Positions 1-17,504 of a DNA stretch of 64,000 nucleotides are shown piece by piece; positions within the stretch are counted from its first letter, which is position 1, and each line of letters opens with the position of its first letter. The notes beneath the pieces are model-generated. The model saw only the letters and a list, made by a program, of their open reading frames with translations, made no database searches and had not been told where the DNA came from. A program made the position numbers and the translations under genes. The stretch is from Amoebidium appalachense (Eukaryota; Protista; Ichthyosporea), in assembly GCA_963693365.1 (NCBI GenBank), contig CAVNZM010000014.1, positions 3,472,001-3,536,000 on the forward strand, read 5' to 3'.

Positions 1-4466
<4,466 letters not shown>

Positions 4467-4750
4467 CTGCCATATTTTATTATTCTTTTATTCCTTTTTT
4501 AATGTAATTAGTTGATTTATTTCCGTCCTGCGGTTTGTGCCTTTTTAGTAGTCGCATCTTATCATGTGTTCAATATTACCTACTTGACTTTCGTTAAAAA
4601 AACCGTGATTGTACCGTGTGAAGTCATCACCACACAAATATTTCTTCTTTACTCACAGTAAACTTTCTGCCATCGGATCCGGTTTTGTTATTCCTGCTTT
4701 GTTATGCCAAGTCATTGGCTATCATGAAGTTCTCCTTGTTGCCCCCCCAT

Positions 4751-4789
<39 letters not shown>

Positions 4790-4792
4790 CCC

Positions 4793-4832
<40 letters not shown>

Positions 4833-5519
4833 CAGGCACCAAGAACTCCCGTTGCCACCACCACCATAACCTTCTCAGTCTCACTAGCCCTTTAAACATT
4901 TCCCAGCATGGGTCACAAACCTTTTAGTCGTACTAAGCGACAGCCAACATTTTAAATAAAAGGGAAAGGCGGGGGGTGTGGGCGGGGGGAGGGGGGAGGG
5001 GGAGGGGGAGGGGAGGGGGAGGGGGAGCTCGAGGGAGAGGGTGGGTGGGCGGGTGGGCGGGCAGGTGGGTGGGGGTCACGGGGGGGAAGGGGGGGGGGGG
5101 GGGGGGAGAAGGGGGGGGGGGGGGGGGGTCAATGCGTCTCACAGGAAATTTTACCGTGCAAGACAGTGTTTGCACAGTCTGGCAGAGCCATAATACACTG
5201 TTGAAATGAAGGAATTGCCAATAATCGTGTAAAATGAATCAGGGGGCTCACGTTGTTTTCGTGCTCACTGTAGATGTTCGTGTACATGCTAGAGCTGGGG
5301 GGCAAGTTGTTTCTGAATCATCACGCTTGAATTTCTTCTAATTCTGATATTCTTTTTTTGGCATAATATTGCTTTTACATGTACAGCCAACGGAAGCTGA
5401 CTCCAAGTCCCCTTCGTCCCTTCCCTCCCCCCCCCCCCCCCTCCCCCCCCCCCCCCCCCTCCCTCCCTCACACACACACACACACGCTCTCTCTTCCTCT
5501 CTCTTTCGCTCTCTCTCAG

Positions 5520-5579
<60 letters not shown>

Positions 5580-5589
5580 ACTCACTCAC

Positions 5590-5711
<122 letters not shown>

Positions 5712-5799
5712 AGTCCCCCCCTCCCCCCTCCCCCCGCTTCCGTTACTGATCATGAGAAAAAAAAAGGGGGGGGGGGGGGGAGGGGGGGATGGGTTGGGT

Positions 5800-5835
<36 letters not shown>

Positions 5836-6862
5836 TATGGCAAGAAGTGAACCAACACAAGAGAGCACTCAGAGACAATATCTTTCCTTTTGCCATATTA
5901 GTTAAGACGATGTCTTTTGGAGTATAAAAAACGTGCCCGTTTCCGAAAATTTCTCAGGGTATTCAGAAACCAGCGCTTCATATCGGGGAACATTACTACT
6001 ACACCGTGACGAAGATAGTGGCCTCTCCCTCCTCCGGCAAATCGAATTAGAGTGACACGACATGGATCCCCGGCCCCGTGGAAATACATGTACACAGAAA
6101 AAGATGCAATATACTGTACACTCCCGTGTGGTCATCTACTGCACGGCCATAAGATAGCTTGAACCCTGCTACCTTTAAAGGAGGCAGGTGTTATATTTCA
6201 AGGCTGATAAAATTTTCCTTCCGAAGTCATGATCACGCGGCAACTCATACCCGGCGCTTGTTCAAACGGCGGCTGAGGTAACAGTCGAACGTGGCAGGCT
6301 TGAACCAAGCTTGAAAAAAAAAAGGGGGGAAGGAGGGGGGGAGGGGGGGGAGGGGGGAAGAAAAAACACTCTTGAAAGACCGGAACGGTCCAGATTGAGT
6401 GAAAGCAGAAAGTTTGCCCGGTGCAAAGAATGTTTGTTACAGGAGAGAGGGAGGGAGGGAGGGAGGGGATCCGGAGGGAAGGAGGGAGGGAGGGGAGGGA
6501 GGGAGGGGGAGGGAGGGAGGGAGGGAGGGAGGGAGGGAGGGAGGGAGGGAGGGAGGGAGGGAGGGAGCTTCGGGAGGGAGGGAGGGAGGGAGGAAGGGAG
6601 AGAAGGAGAGGAAGTGGGTGGGGAGGGGATTCGGAGAAGAGGGCCCGGAGAGGGGAAAGGGGGGAAGGGGAAGGGGGGGGGGGGGGGGGGGGGGGATTTG
6701 GGGGGGGGAGCTTATTCTTTTTTTAGTTTTTTTTTCTCGTTTAAATTTACAAAGTTTTTATGGAGGGCCTACTACACAGTGTGGGGGGTTGGGGGGGGGC
6801 GGGGGGAGGGGGGGGGGGGGGAGGAGGAAGGGGGGAGGGGGGGGGAAGCTCGTGTGTGTGTA

Positions 6863-6968
<106 letters not shown>

Positions 6969-7087
6969 AGAGGAGGGGGGGAGGGGGGGGGGGGTTAAGG
7001 GGAATGGGGGAAGGAGGGGGGGGGCGGAGGGGCTCGTTGATTTAGAGAGCACCTACTACACTGGTAGGTTGCAAGTTTGGATACATT

Positions 7088-7578
7088 GGGGTGTACCGTA
7101 GGCCGTCGGATCGAACAGCAGCCAACAGGCCTCACTCATGGACTCGAGCTCGGCGGCCTTGGATTCAAATCCCCCCCCCCCCCCCCCCCCCCCCCCCTCC
7201 CCCCCCCCCCCCCCCTGAAACCCTCCCCCCGCCCGCTCGCCCCCCCCCCCCCCCCCGGGGTTCCCCCTCCCCCCCCTCCCCCCCCCCCCCCCCCCCCCCT
7301 AACTCGAGTATCGGAGCTTTTGTTCGTTCAGCTCGACAGCAAGCAGGACAGACAGGCATTGTCGTGGACCGTGTTCGTCATCTTTATTGTTGTGTTTTTT
7401 TCTCTTACACTCTCCTTCACGATTTTTCCTTGGCAATCCTTGCTCGAAAATCTGGGCCAACGCGTACTACCCGGCGGCCGTGCCACGGTGTACGGCTACG
7501 ATCGAGTGAGTCAACCTAGCTTTGCTGGGCACTGGCACTGCTGGCACCCTGCAAGATATCGATAGATCATCATCATAG
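7088..7578 (+). mobile_element. Possible degenerate SINE-like repeat
   Basis: B-box-like GGATTCAAATCCC near 7161-7173, GC-rich body, ends in a short (CAT)n tail at ~7566-7576. Boundaries uncertain. Confidence 0.25.
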
Positions 7579-9545
7579 CGTGATAGCATCACCTCGGCGT
7601 AACGTCCTTTACCAACATGGAGCAGCGAGCTATGTACACGTGTGCCTTACGTTGCGTGCAGCGTGCACTGTGCTAATAATAATAATATTTATATTAGCCT
7701 GCTGCACTTCTGCAGCATCGCGCGGCAATCAAGCAATTACCTATAGCTATCGTGCCGCTGCCCACGTATCATACTCTCAGTTCACCCTCCTCTGATGATT
7801 GAAACAGCCGTTTTTCTGGCTCTCTATTGGGAAAAAACCATCCCTTCTGGTTTCATCTGTGATGGTTGTATATGGTTACTACATAGCAGACACGTGCGTA
7901 GTAGAAGTGTACAAGAAGACCACACTGTGGGCAGGTCTATAGACCACAGCCTCCACTGTGACTATTGTAAGATCCAAAAAAATGTGCGGACTTGAACCGC
8001 GCGACTCCCTTGTGGATAACTATCCAATCGGGAGGAACCCCTACATTTCTTGTCATCTAGATCGGATTCACCTATTGGCTTAAAATTCAACAACAAAGAA
8101 GTATGCAAAATGTGAGCTATCGCGAGTCTTTGCAAGTTGGTCATCTGTGAGCAGGCCGATAGGCCACATTGTATTACTCAAGTTTTACACTTAGCCTCTA
8201 TACGTATCAAGTGTCATAGAGCCTAAAGTACTATACATGACTGATTGTTGTGTCGAAAAAAGATGTTGGCATAAGATAAGAAGTTCATTGAGTCGACATC
8301 CTGAGTCGCCTGAACATGCGCGAGTCACCTGTCAACTGATGAATAGCGCGATAGCGAGCATGGCAGTACTTGCCCGCTTCGACAGGTGGTGCAAATTCAA
8401 CCAATTAGCATTTAGCCCTGAGTAGGGCAGATTTGGTGGGAAGCATGGATTATTGTATTCTTGCACTTCGAATCCGTGCATAAATCTATACTTTAGATGC
8501 CGCGGTATCATGTCAAAAGTAGGAAAATACTAGTATAAAATACTATAAAATTATTTGTTAACATATGAAAGCTTTTTTCAGGGGGCTAAAATGTTCGAAA
8601 CCATGCTTTTGTGTGATGCGGTATACTGGGGATCTAGAGTTTACCTATCTCTGAGGTTACCAACCACTGAATCCTACAGTAGGCGTCCGATTAGATAGAA
8701 AAATTAGATAGAGACGAGTAAATATCGAGCTCATAGACTTTTGCCAAAGACATCTTTATAATTTGAGCTACATATTTCCGATGTTTTTTTTAAGGAAGGA
8801 GGCTTTGCTGGCATATTTTCTTTTTCTGCTCCAAGGGACCAAGAATCTTACACTTAAGCAGCATGAGTCCGACAACATAGAGCTTGCGTCAACCACCCGG
8901 GTAGCCCCCAAACCTATTCAGAAATTTTGCGGCTGAATTTTTTTTTTAAATTTTCGAGAAAATTCACACACCGGTTTCTTTACTTGCTTTTTTCACTGCA
9001 GCCGATATGAATCATATGTAATAAGAAGTGACACAAAAACTCGCATATGTCTAGATGCAGCTGCTAATATTTTGCTTAGAGGGGGTTTCTTTAGGTTTTC
9101 GGACCGGGCCGGGTGAGAGGGAATTCTAGCTATATGATTGGCGTGCTGCACATCAGCTGCGCACTGGCATCGTTTTGCCCGCAGCAAGGTTCAAATGCGC
9201 CATTATACAACAAAAAAGAAAAAGAAAAGAGAAAAAAAAAAGAAAAAAGAAGAGAATAATAATAATAAAGCGTCAGAAAGAAAATTGCAGTTCATATCGT
9301 GATTTATATGCCGAACAAATGGCTTGACCCGGATGTGCTATAATGGGGACAATTAATCGGCCAAAAAGAAACCCCCTTTAAAGTTTCAAAATTCAAAGAA
9401 TTGACACACAAAAACTCGCATATATCTATATTGGATGCTATTTTAAAAAGTGCATTTTAATTTATCAACCGATGAAAACAAGAATTACAACACTAGCTGG
9501 CAATGTGAACACTTTTGACTTTTTGTTGAATTCTGTTGGTCGTCA

Positions 9546-9978
9546 CATTGAGTATTTATATGATTTTCACCCAGTGTTCAGGTATCTCAGTATGCACTTG
9601 TTTCTGGATAACTCGTGAAGTTTTTATTGTCTTCTCAGTATGCCGTGCATACTTGCATATCTTTCCGTCGAATAAATCCAGTCAAAAGAAGAAAGGAATT
9701 GCAACGCCAGTGCACCACATCGGCACCATAATACAATACAGTTGTATTGAATTATTATAATGTAAGCATAATAACCTATACGCACAAGAGGAGACATTTA
9801 CTAAATATATTCTGCAGTCAGTGGCGATTTGCCAAAGCCTTGCACGTGTTGAATTTTTACAGCATTGAGTATTTATATGATTTTCACACAGTGTTCAGGT
9901 ATCTCAGTATGCACTTGTTACTGGATAACTCATGAAGTTTTTATTGTCTTCTCAGTATGCCGTGCATACTGAGAAGAC
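9546..9978. repeat. 108-bp direct repeat pair (9546-9653, 9863-9970); the second copy completes a 15-bp perfect hairpin (9946-9978)
   Basis: The copies differ at about 3 positions. GTCTTCTCAGTATGC-cgt-GCATACTGAGAAGAC is a perfect inverted repeat. Confidence 0.85.
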
Positions 9979-10834
9979 GGCAGATTTAACTTCACCGTAG
10001 GCATCAATTATTTCTTTTTCGAAGCAAGAAAATAACTTCTACCGCGTATGATAATAATACCTCGAAAAAGCACAGAAAACGGCAAGAAGAAAAAGAAAGA
10101 GGGGCTCAGTGAGATGGTGAGACGCGTGTCGCCCCGACGATGCATCGTTCGGGCGGCGGGCCCAGAGGGATAGATCAGATCAAAGTTAAGTTGGGCAACT
10201 TGGGCTGCAGCCATGCAGGCATAATAATGAACTTTGGAGGTGACGTTGGTGGTGTAGAGAAATTCTGTGAATGTCGATTGAACACAAACAAACTAAAATA
10301 CATTTGTTGAATATCGATTAGTCCTTTTGTTGAAAAATAAAAAAATCCTGTCGTAATAACGGCTTGCTCTGAAGCAGTCGTTCAACTGCACAACATATCT
10401 CGAAAGAAATTGCTTTGACAGTTTGACTGGATTTGTTGCAGTTGTGGGGCGGCGAAGAGATGGGGTGACAAGATGGCACTGGGTAGAGGCTAGGGGGATT
10501 CTATTCCTCCTCCACGCAGACAAGCTGCGGCAGCCGCAGCCAGACCACACGACACACACGGGACACGTTGCCTGGTCACAGACAGTCACGCACAAAACTG
10601 CTATTTCAGTCGTGGGCGGGGAGGGTGTAAGACAAAGGCTCGTAATCTTTGCGCACACTGCACACTTCAAGCCTGTGTCACCACACTTCATGTTTTACGC
10701 CGGTGTTGTGTCTTATGCTTTTTCCTTCGCCGTGTGTGTGGTAAATAATAAACATCTCACCATTCACCATTCCCGGGAAACCACATTTCCCACGGTTTTG
10801 ACACAAAGAACTTGCTGGTAGCTAAGCACGGTGT

Positions 10835-10840
10835 TATAAA
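10835..10840 (+). promoter_or_regulatory. TATA box upstream of tyrosinase gene 1
   Basis: TATAAA about 85 nt upstream of the ATG at 10925. Confidence 0.45.
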
Positions 10841-10924
10841 GTCTTTGACCAGGCATAGCACGCTGTCGCCATTCACGACGTCTCGGGGTAGCCGAGAGTT
10901 TGTTTGTTTTAATTTTTTTTGAAA

Positions 10925-12437
10925 ATGGCGCGCATTATTGCTGCCGTAGCCGTGTTGGCTTCAACGGCCTCCGCTTTTGTTTGCCCAACAGAGTACACTG
11001 CCGGAACAAGTACGTAACATATTACTAATCACTACTTATTATTGCTGCTGTTGAACAGAGTTTTCTGTTTGACAAATCTTTTAGTTTGTAACTGACTTAC
11101 GGATGTGTATTACATGCCCAACCGTATCTATTACATGCCCAACCGTATCTTTTTGTTATTGCTGAGACATGGTACCCTTTGTCGAAAATGTGTGGATTTG
11201 AATGTTTGTCTGTGCATATAGCTGAGCCCATTTCACAAACATGGAGCACCTTGCACGGCTCACAATTATGGCTTGACGCGGCTCTACATTTCCAAGTACT
11301 CGTATGAAATACATGAATGCAGCAACCTACTTGCGTGTGTCACACATACACGAGGTGCACACACACACACACCCTGACACATGCATGCATGCAACTTACC
11401 CGCATAAGCGCGCTACACATGCATAGATACACATAATGCCACAACGAATGTTAGGATGCCCCCTTCCTGGTGCGCTTCATGCCATCTTGGCAGGATTCTA
11501 TATTATTCTTTCCTTGATGCCGAGAAAGAGACCAGAGCAAACAGCAAGTAACGGCACTGCTACCCTCCTGCATCTCTCCAACATCCCATTGATGAACTGA
11601 ATGAGCATCTAATTGCTTATTAAATAACCTCATTTATCCACTCACTTTACAGCGCAATGCATCGAGTCTTCAGGCAGGTGCTTCATCACCTACCGCTGGA
11701 CGGGGACCACATGCACTCTGACAAACTGCCCTACCGGCCAGGTGTGGCTCAACAGCAAATCAGCGTGCGGTACCGCCGTCTGCCCAGCGGGATACTCGTA
11801 CAGCAGCACGGTTAAGCAGTGCACAGCTGTACCCATAACATGCACGGCGGGACAGATCTGGAGCTCGACTTTGAGGAAGTGTGTGTGCCCCACCAACACG
11901 TTCTGGAACACGGCTACAAGCTCGTGCACCGCGGGTAATTGTCCGGTGGGTTACTACCGCGACAGCGCCGGAAGGTGTTATGACAACAACGAATGCGCGA
12001 CGGCAGGAATCTGCGGCTGCTGCGGTACGTGCGTGAACACGGCGGGTTCTTTCCAGTGCAGATGTGGAACATCAACCACCGCCATAACCACAAAGTGCAC
12101 GTGCCCTGCACGTGTTCGTAAGGAATGGCGTTCGTTGACAACGACGGAGAAGGAAACATTTAAGAAGGCTATCCGTACGTTGATCTCTCGCGGAACGTAC
12201 CGGGCCGTGATCCCCTACCATGAGGTGCCCATCGTGATGAGCTATGGACACCAGAGCAACGCATTCCTTGCGTGGCATCGTTGGTACATTTACCTCTTTG
12301 AAAACCAGCTGAGAAGTCTAGGGGGTGAGTTCGGATGCATCGCTCTGCCCTACTGGGATTGGACGGCTGATGTCAAGTCTAACACCGCTGCAGTCCCATC
12401 GATTTCAGTTGTTCAGGAGATGGGTGGAACCGGTATT

Positions 12438-12471
<34 letters not shown>

Positions 12472-13130
12472 CCCAACCCGTCTTTCTCTTTATCTATCTC
12501 TCTCTCTCTCTTCTATCCCTCCACCTCCCCCCCCCCCAACGCTCCCCGGCCCTCTCCTTCCCTGGACCCTCTGATGTGGTTTCCGCTGCCTTAGAGTCTG
12601 TCGGAGCTGTGTTTCGGAAGTTACTGCCAATGAATCCCACCACCATACACACTCGCAAACACACACGTGCACATGGTGCATGTGTGCTCACACACCTTAA
12701 GGCCTCTGTCCGCATTCCACAGCGCGTCCTCAATCACATTTCCTCATTTGCCATAATAAGGAATTATAAGGATATAGCCGTAAACAATCAAGCATCCTTT
12801 GTGGCAGGAAACACTAACACTCTCCCAAAAACACAGGCTCCTCATGCATTCTCGACAGCTACTTTGGCTATTTCCGCTACCCCAACAACCAGTGCGTAAG
12901 CCGTCCGTTCAGCGGCGGTTGGCGTCCACCAGGCCCTACCGAAGTGAGCAACGCCATTCTAAATAACTACAATTTTCAGGCAATTTCCGACAAGATCAAG
13001 GGTTGGCATGGTCTGATTCACGATTACATCGGCGCCTGGGGTGCTACCATGGCCGATGTGGTTTATTCACCCAACGACCCCATCTTCTGGCTGCATCATT
13101 CCAACGTCGATCGTCAGTGGTACCAGTGGC

Positions 13131-13174
<44 letters not shown>

Positions 13175-14686
13175 CTCCTATGTGACTTTCGAAATTTCAT
13201 GTGCGGCAAAATGTAAGTTAGGAAGTGGGTGTATGATTGTTTATGTTTATTTTTTGTTTAGGATGCGAGTGTGTGTAGTAGTAGTAGTATACTACTGTAT
13301 TAGTAGTGGCTATACGTTTATGCACGTGTTTGTGTGTAGGCAAACAACGGAAAGGAAGAAGCCACTGACTTATATATTAAAATACCCCTCCCCCCTCTTC
13401 GCCCCCCGTGCGTGTGTGGTGCATAGTGTTACGACTTGTAGGTATACATTTGGTTATCCTTTGCGTTATGTACACAGTAAAACCGCATTCTAATCCCTCC
13501 CCCCCTCCCCCCAGTCTTCATTCCCCGCTCCGCACACACACACACACACATACATACATACATACATAAACACACACACACACACAAACAAAAAAAAACA
13601 AAACAGAAATGCCGTGGGTACCAGGGCATACCTCCCTCGTCCGTACCATGGGCCTGGTACACCACCAACTCTGAGCCCGTCTCTCACGGCTTTGACACGC
13701 CCATGCCCGCCTTCCCCACTGCCGTCACCCCGCGCAACGTCAATAGCATCAGGGCCTTGGGCTACTCGTATGCAAAGTCCTACTTCACCGGTAAGTGGAA
13801 AAGCACCGCTTAAACCTTTCTGCATATGGTACCATCCGTGATTTCCCCTCTCTTTTATGTGTACATAACATACCCACAAATAGAGATTGTGATTGGGGAT
13901 CATCTATGTGAACTTCTAGATTCTGGATTTTGTATTTTTTTGGGGGGGGAGGGGGGTTGATTATTAATGTTTTTGATCTTGTCATTCACAACCATGCCGT
14001 TCCAGAGATATCCTATGCAATGCCTTATTCACGAATAGTTCGGAACTGATTGTATGTAGTAGCTGCTTGCACCAATAAGAAGGAGCTAAAAATAATCCAA
14101 TGCTCCAAACCTCCTAAGGGAATGTAGTCTCATTTATAATAACAACCTCCTCCCCCTCTTCCTGCTCCCCCCCCCCCCCCCCCCCCCTCCCAAAACACGT
14201 ACACACACACACAGGCTCGTGGGATGTCGACAACATCTGCACCGCCGTCCGCCGCCGCCGTCAGGCGAACGCGACCGCCCCTGCCACCTCCGCCATCGGC
14301 CTTGGTATCGCTACCAACAACGGCAAGGGAAATGGAAATTCCGGTAATAATGGAAACGGAAATTCTGGCAGCAACGGAACCGGTGGGCTGGCGCTTGCAC
14401 TCGGTTTGGGCCAACGCGACAAGTCGAAGGACGCGAATGAAGCCACTGCCCTCGAATTTGCACGGGGAAAAACGGATGAGATTTTCAAGAAGGTGCTCGT
14501 TATTAAATCCCCCCTCCAGGTCTTACGGTGGCTGCGGACAACGCGAATCCGCAGTCTGCAATTGGCCAGAAAATGGCGATTGCGGCTGCTGCGGAATGCG
14601 AGTTCTGGGGTAAATATAAGGCCCTGAGCCCCGAGTGGGCAAAGATGCTTGGGTTGGTTAACAAGCCACTGCCCTGCCAGGCGTAA
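10925..14686 (+). CDS. Secreted tyrosinase (type-3 di-copper) with N-terminal Cys-rich repeats and an EGF-like domain, ~605 aa. Exons 10925-11009, 11653-12432, 12837-13132, 13607-13790, 14215-14686
   Basis: Signal peptide MARIIAAVAVLASTASA; CPxGxxW-type repeats; Ca-binding-EGF-like DNNEC...CVNTAGSFQCRC; RVRKEWRSLT; CuA YHE...GHQSNAFLAWHR; PYWDW; CuB WHGLIHDYIG...NDPIFWLHHSNVDR. Then RRRR, an NG-rich linker and a C-terminal AAECEFWG...EWAKMLG domain. All introns are GT-AG and phase-consistent. One extra C is needed in the run at 14509-14514 to match the paralogue's C-terminus. Confidence 0.9.
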
Positions 14687-15146
14687 GCTGTGCCATGAAA
14701 CAGGTTAAGTTTTTTCGTTTGTTTGTTTTCCCCGTTTTGGGGGGGCAAATTTTACCGTTACTTTCAATTGTTTGTTTGAAGGCAACATCAGTTTGAAATA
14801 TTTTTTGTTGATAATGAAGTGCCTGCATGTGACTCCTAATTTGTTATTTCTTGTTTTTTTTCCCGGTTTTTCCCCCCCTCATGTGACGAGTCGCTTTGTC
14901 ATCCTTGTATATTGGATCTTTGCTATCAGGAATAATGTATATAGATGATATTCCCCTTGTAAATTCATTTATATCATGTAATCTCCAATAGGAACGTCCA
15001 TGCTGGGAGTGCGGGCTTTAGACTGACTCGTTAAAAAGTTTAAAAAAAGGCAGATTATCGATTTAGCGTCAACGAGGGCATCCTTGACTCCAATTTACCT
15101 TTTGATAATGACTGAATGAGGGTGAATCTACCCTCTGATGTTCTAA

Positions 15147-15231
15147 CTAGCTTTATCTAGTTGATACTGGATATAATTAGCTTTAGCTAGTTGATTCTGG
15201 GTATATTTAGCTTTATCCAGTCGATTCTAGA
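15147..15231. repeat. Imperfect ~29-30 bp tandem repeat, 3 copies
   Basis: Unit approximately TAGCTTTATCTAGTTGATWCTGGRTATAWT. Confidence 0.7.
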
Positions 15232-15984
15232 ATAAATTGTTTGGGCTGCCTGGTGCACCACCCTTACGTTTAAAAGATTCAGGCACTTTTCGTTGAACCT
15301 CTTCCTCTCCCCCCCCCCCCCCCCCCCCCCCCCCTCCCCCCCCTGCTATAATAGCATACTCTTTATGTATGGCTTGCATTCTGCATCGTGTTATCCGTTG
15401 TTCTTGTGTACTTCGTACTTTTTGACGCATTCAAACCCCCCCCCCCCCCCCCCCCCCCCACACACACACACCAATTGAACCGTAATTGAGTTCGGATTTG
15501 GTAACGAGGTATAAGTTTTTAAAGAACAAACAAAAAAGTAGGAATATTAATGAAACTCTCGAGTACTGTGGATGACTTGCCCCCTTCCCTTCCGCTGATT
15601 TTCGTTGCCCTACATACGAGGCATGCTGCGTGAGCTCTGTGCAGACATACATATGTGTTGTCCGCAAATGTGTTCTTAACTCTCCCCCACCCTCTCTGGT
15701 TACATACGCAAGTTGTGCTATGAAAGGGATGAAAACCACAAGTCTGTCCATAAAACTTCCCTGTTTAGACGGCAATAACTGACCTCTTGCCTAAATTCAG
15801 GTAATCATGAGCGCTAAGCGGCACAGGCAGTGCGTGTGGTTGCCATATATTCCTACATTTTTAGTTGTTTTTGAAGTATCTCCTCGTAAGTTTGTGTGTG
15901 TACGCGCAATAATCTATGCCTGTGTACACGTTTGCACACGTATGTGTGTCTGCGGATGCGATTTCAACGAGACGTTCAAAATAC

Positions 15985-16065
15985 TGTGTGTGTGTGTGTG
16001 TGCGTGTGTGTGTGCACGTGATGTGTGCGTGCGTGCGTGCGTACGCGTGCGTGCATGTGTGTGTG

Positions 16066-16098
<33 letters not shown>

Positions 16099-16108
16099 AC
16101 GTGATGTG

Positions 16109-16176
<68 letters not shown>

Positions 16177-16271
16177 TACGTGCGTGTGTGCGTGTGTGCG
16201 TGCGTGCGTGCGTGCGTGCGTGCGTGTGCGTGCGTGCGTGCGTGTGCGTGCGTGCGTGCGTGTGTGTGTGC

Positions 16272-16319
<48 letters not shown>

Positions 16320-16350
16320 ACGCACGCGCGTGTTTGTGTGTGTTTGTGTG
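15985..16350. repeat. Compound (GT)n/(GCGT)n/(CT)n microsatellite
   Basis: Directly visible simple repeats. Confidence 0.9.
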
Positions 16351-16647
16351 TAGGTTGTGAGATGGGGGGAGAAGGGGGGGGGGGGGGGGGGGGAGGGGAG
16401 GGGGGGGGGGGGGGGGCATATGGTAAATTGTCGGTACTTAAATGTATATGTACCGTAAATCTATCTGGCAATCCGAGTCCTGCACGATAGAACCCCCCCC
16501 CCCCCCCCCCAACCCCCTCGCTAACCTCCCCCCCCCCCCTCTCCTCCCACCCCCCTTACACACACACACCATGCGCTTATCCTCCCCTCTCCCCCCTCAC
16601 GCACGCACACACGCACACACACACACATACACACACACACACAACAC

Positions 16648-16691
<44 letters not shown>

Positions 16692-16996
16692 ACACCACCC
16701 CCTTCCAGTACCCCCCCCCCCCCCCCCTCCTCCTCCAACTAATTATACCCCCCTCCCCCCCCCTCCCCACCCAAAAATAAATAAATAAAGAAATAAATAA
16801 CTCCCACACACACACACCCATCTTGCCCCTATCCCCCTCCCCCTCCCCCATCCCCACACATACACCCATCCCCCCTCCCCCCCTCCTCCCCCCCCCCCAT
16901 GGCCACCCCCCCACACACACACACCTCCCCTCCCCCTTCCCCCGTACCTCCCACCCCACGCCACACAACGGCACACAAAACCATTACTCCACCACA

Positions 16997-17390
16997 GGGG
17001 GGCGGGTTGGTGCAATGGTAAGATCTCTGCGTGTCAAGCTCAAAGTCGCAGGATCGATCCTGGTTACTTCCGATTTTTGTTCTGCTTCGACGGTCCACCG
17101 GTCTGGCCGCCCCCTAGAAGCCATCACCCCAGACCACGTTAAGCAGCACCACCAATTTGTTATCATCCGGCCGCAAGACATGACGTCATGAACAGCACCG
17201 GCCCTCTGACGTCGACGGCGCGCCGCTTGGGCATCCCGGCCCAACGTTCAAGTGGGAGACCAATCCGAGTCACCGGCCACGGTTCGGGACAGCGTACCCG
17301 GGAGATCATGGAAAGACTCCATTGAATATATCCCATGGCACCGCCCAGCAAATCCGCACCATTTTATACAATTAAAGTGTGGCACACACA
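16997..17390 (+). mobile_element. Probable tRNA-derived SINE
   Basis: A-box TGGTGCAATGGTAAG (17008-17022) and B-box-like GGATCGATCC (17051-17060) at tRNA spacing, with a degenerate cloverleaf and a GC-rich body containing CACGTTAAG. The 3' boundary is uncertain. Confidence 0.5.
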
Positions 17391-17412
17391 AGAACACACT
17401 ACGGTTAGGGAC

Positions 17413-17448
<36 letters not shown>

Positions 17449-17473
17449 GGGGGGCTTTGGGGGGAGGGTTCGG

Positions 17474-17504
<31 letters not shown>

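Noticed and set aside
10293-10821. Cys-rich or overlapping 132-aa ORFs upstream of tyrosinase 1
   Set aside because: No recognisable motif or splice structure; probably promoter-region chance ORFs.
16997-17072. Functional tRNA gene
   Set aside because: Acceptor and anticodon stems pair poorly and the T-loop reads GATCGA; better treated as a SINE head or pseudogene.
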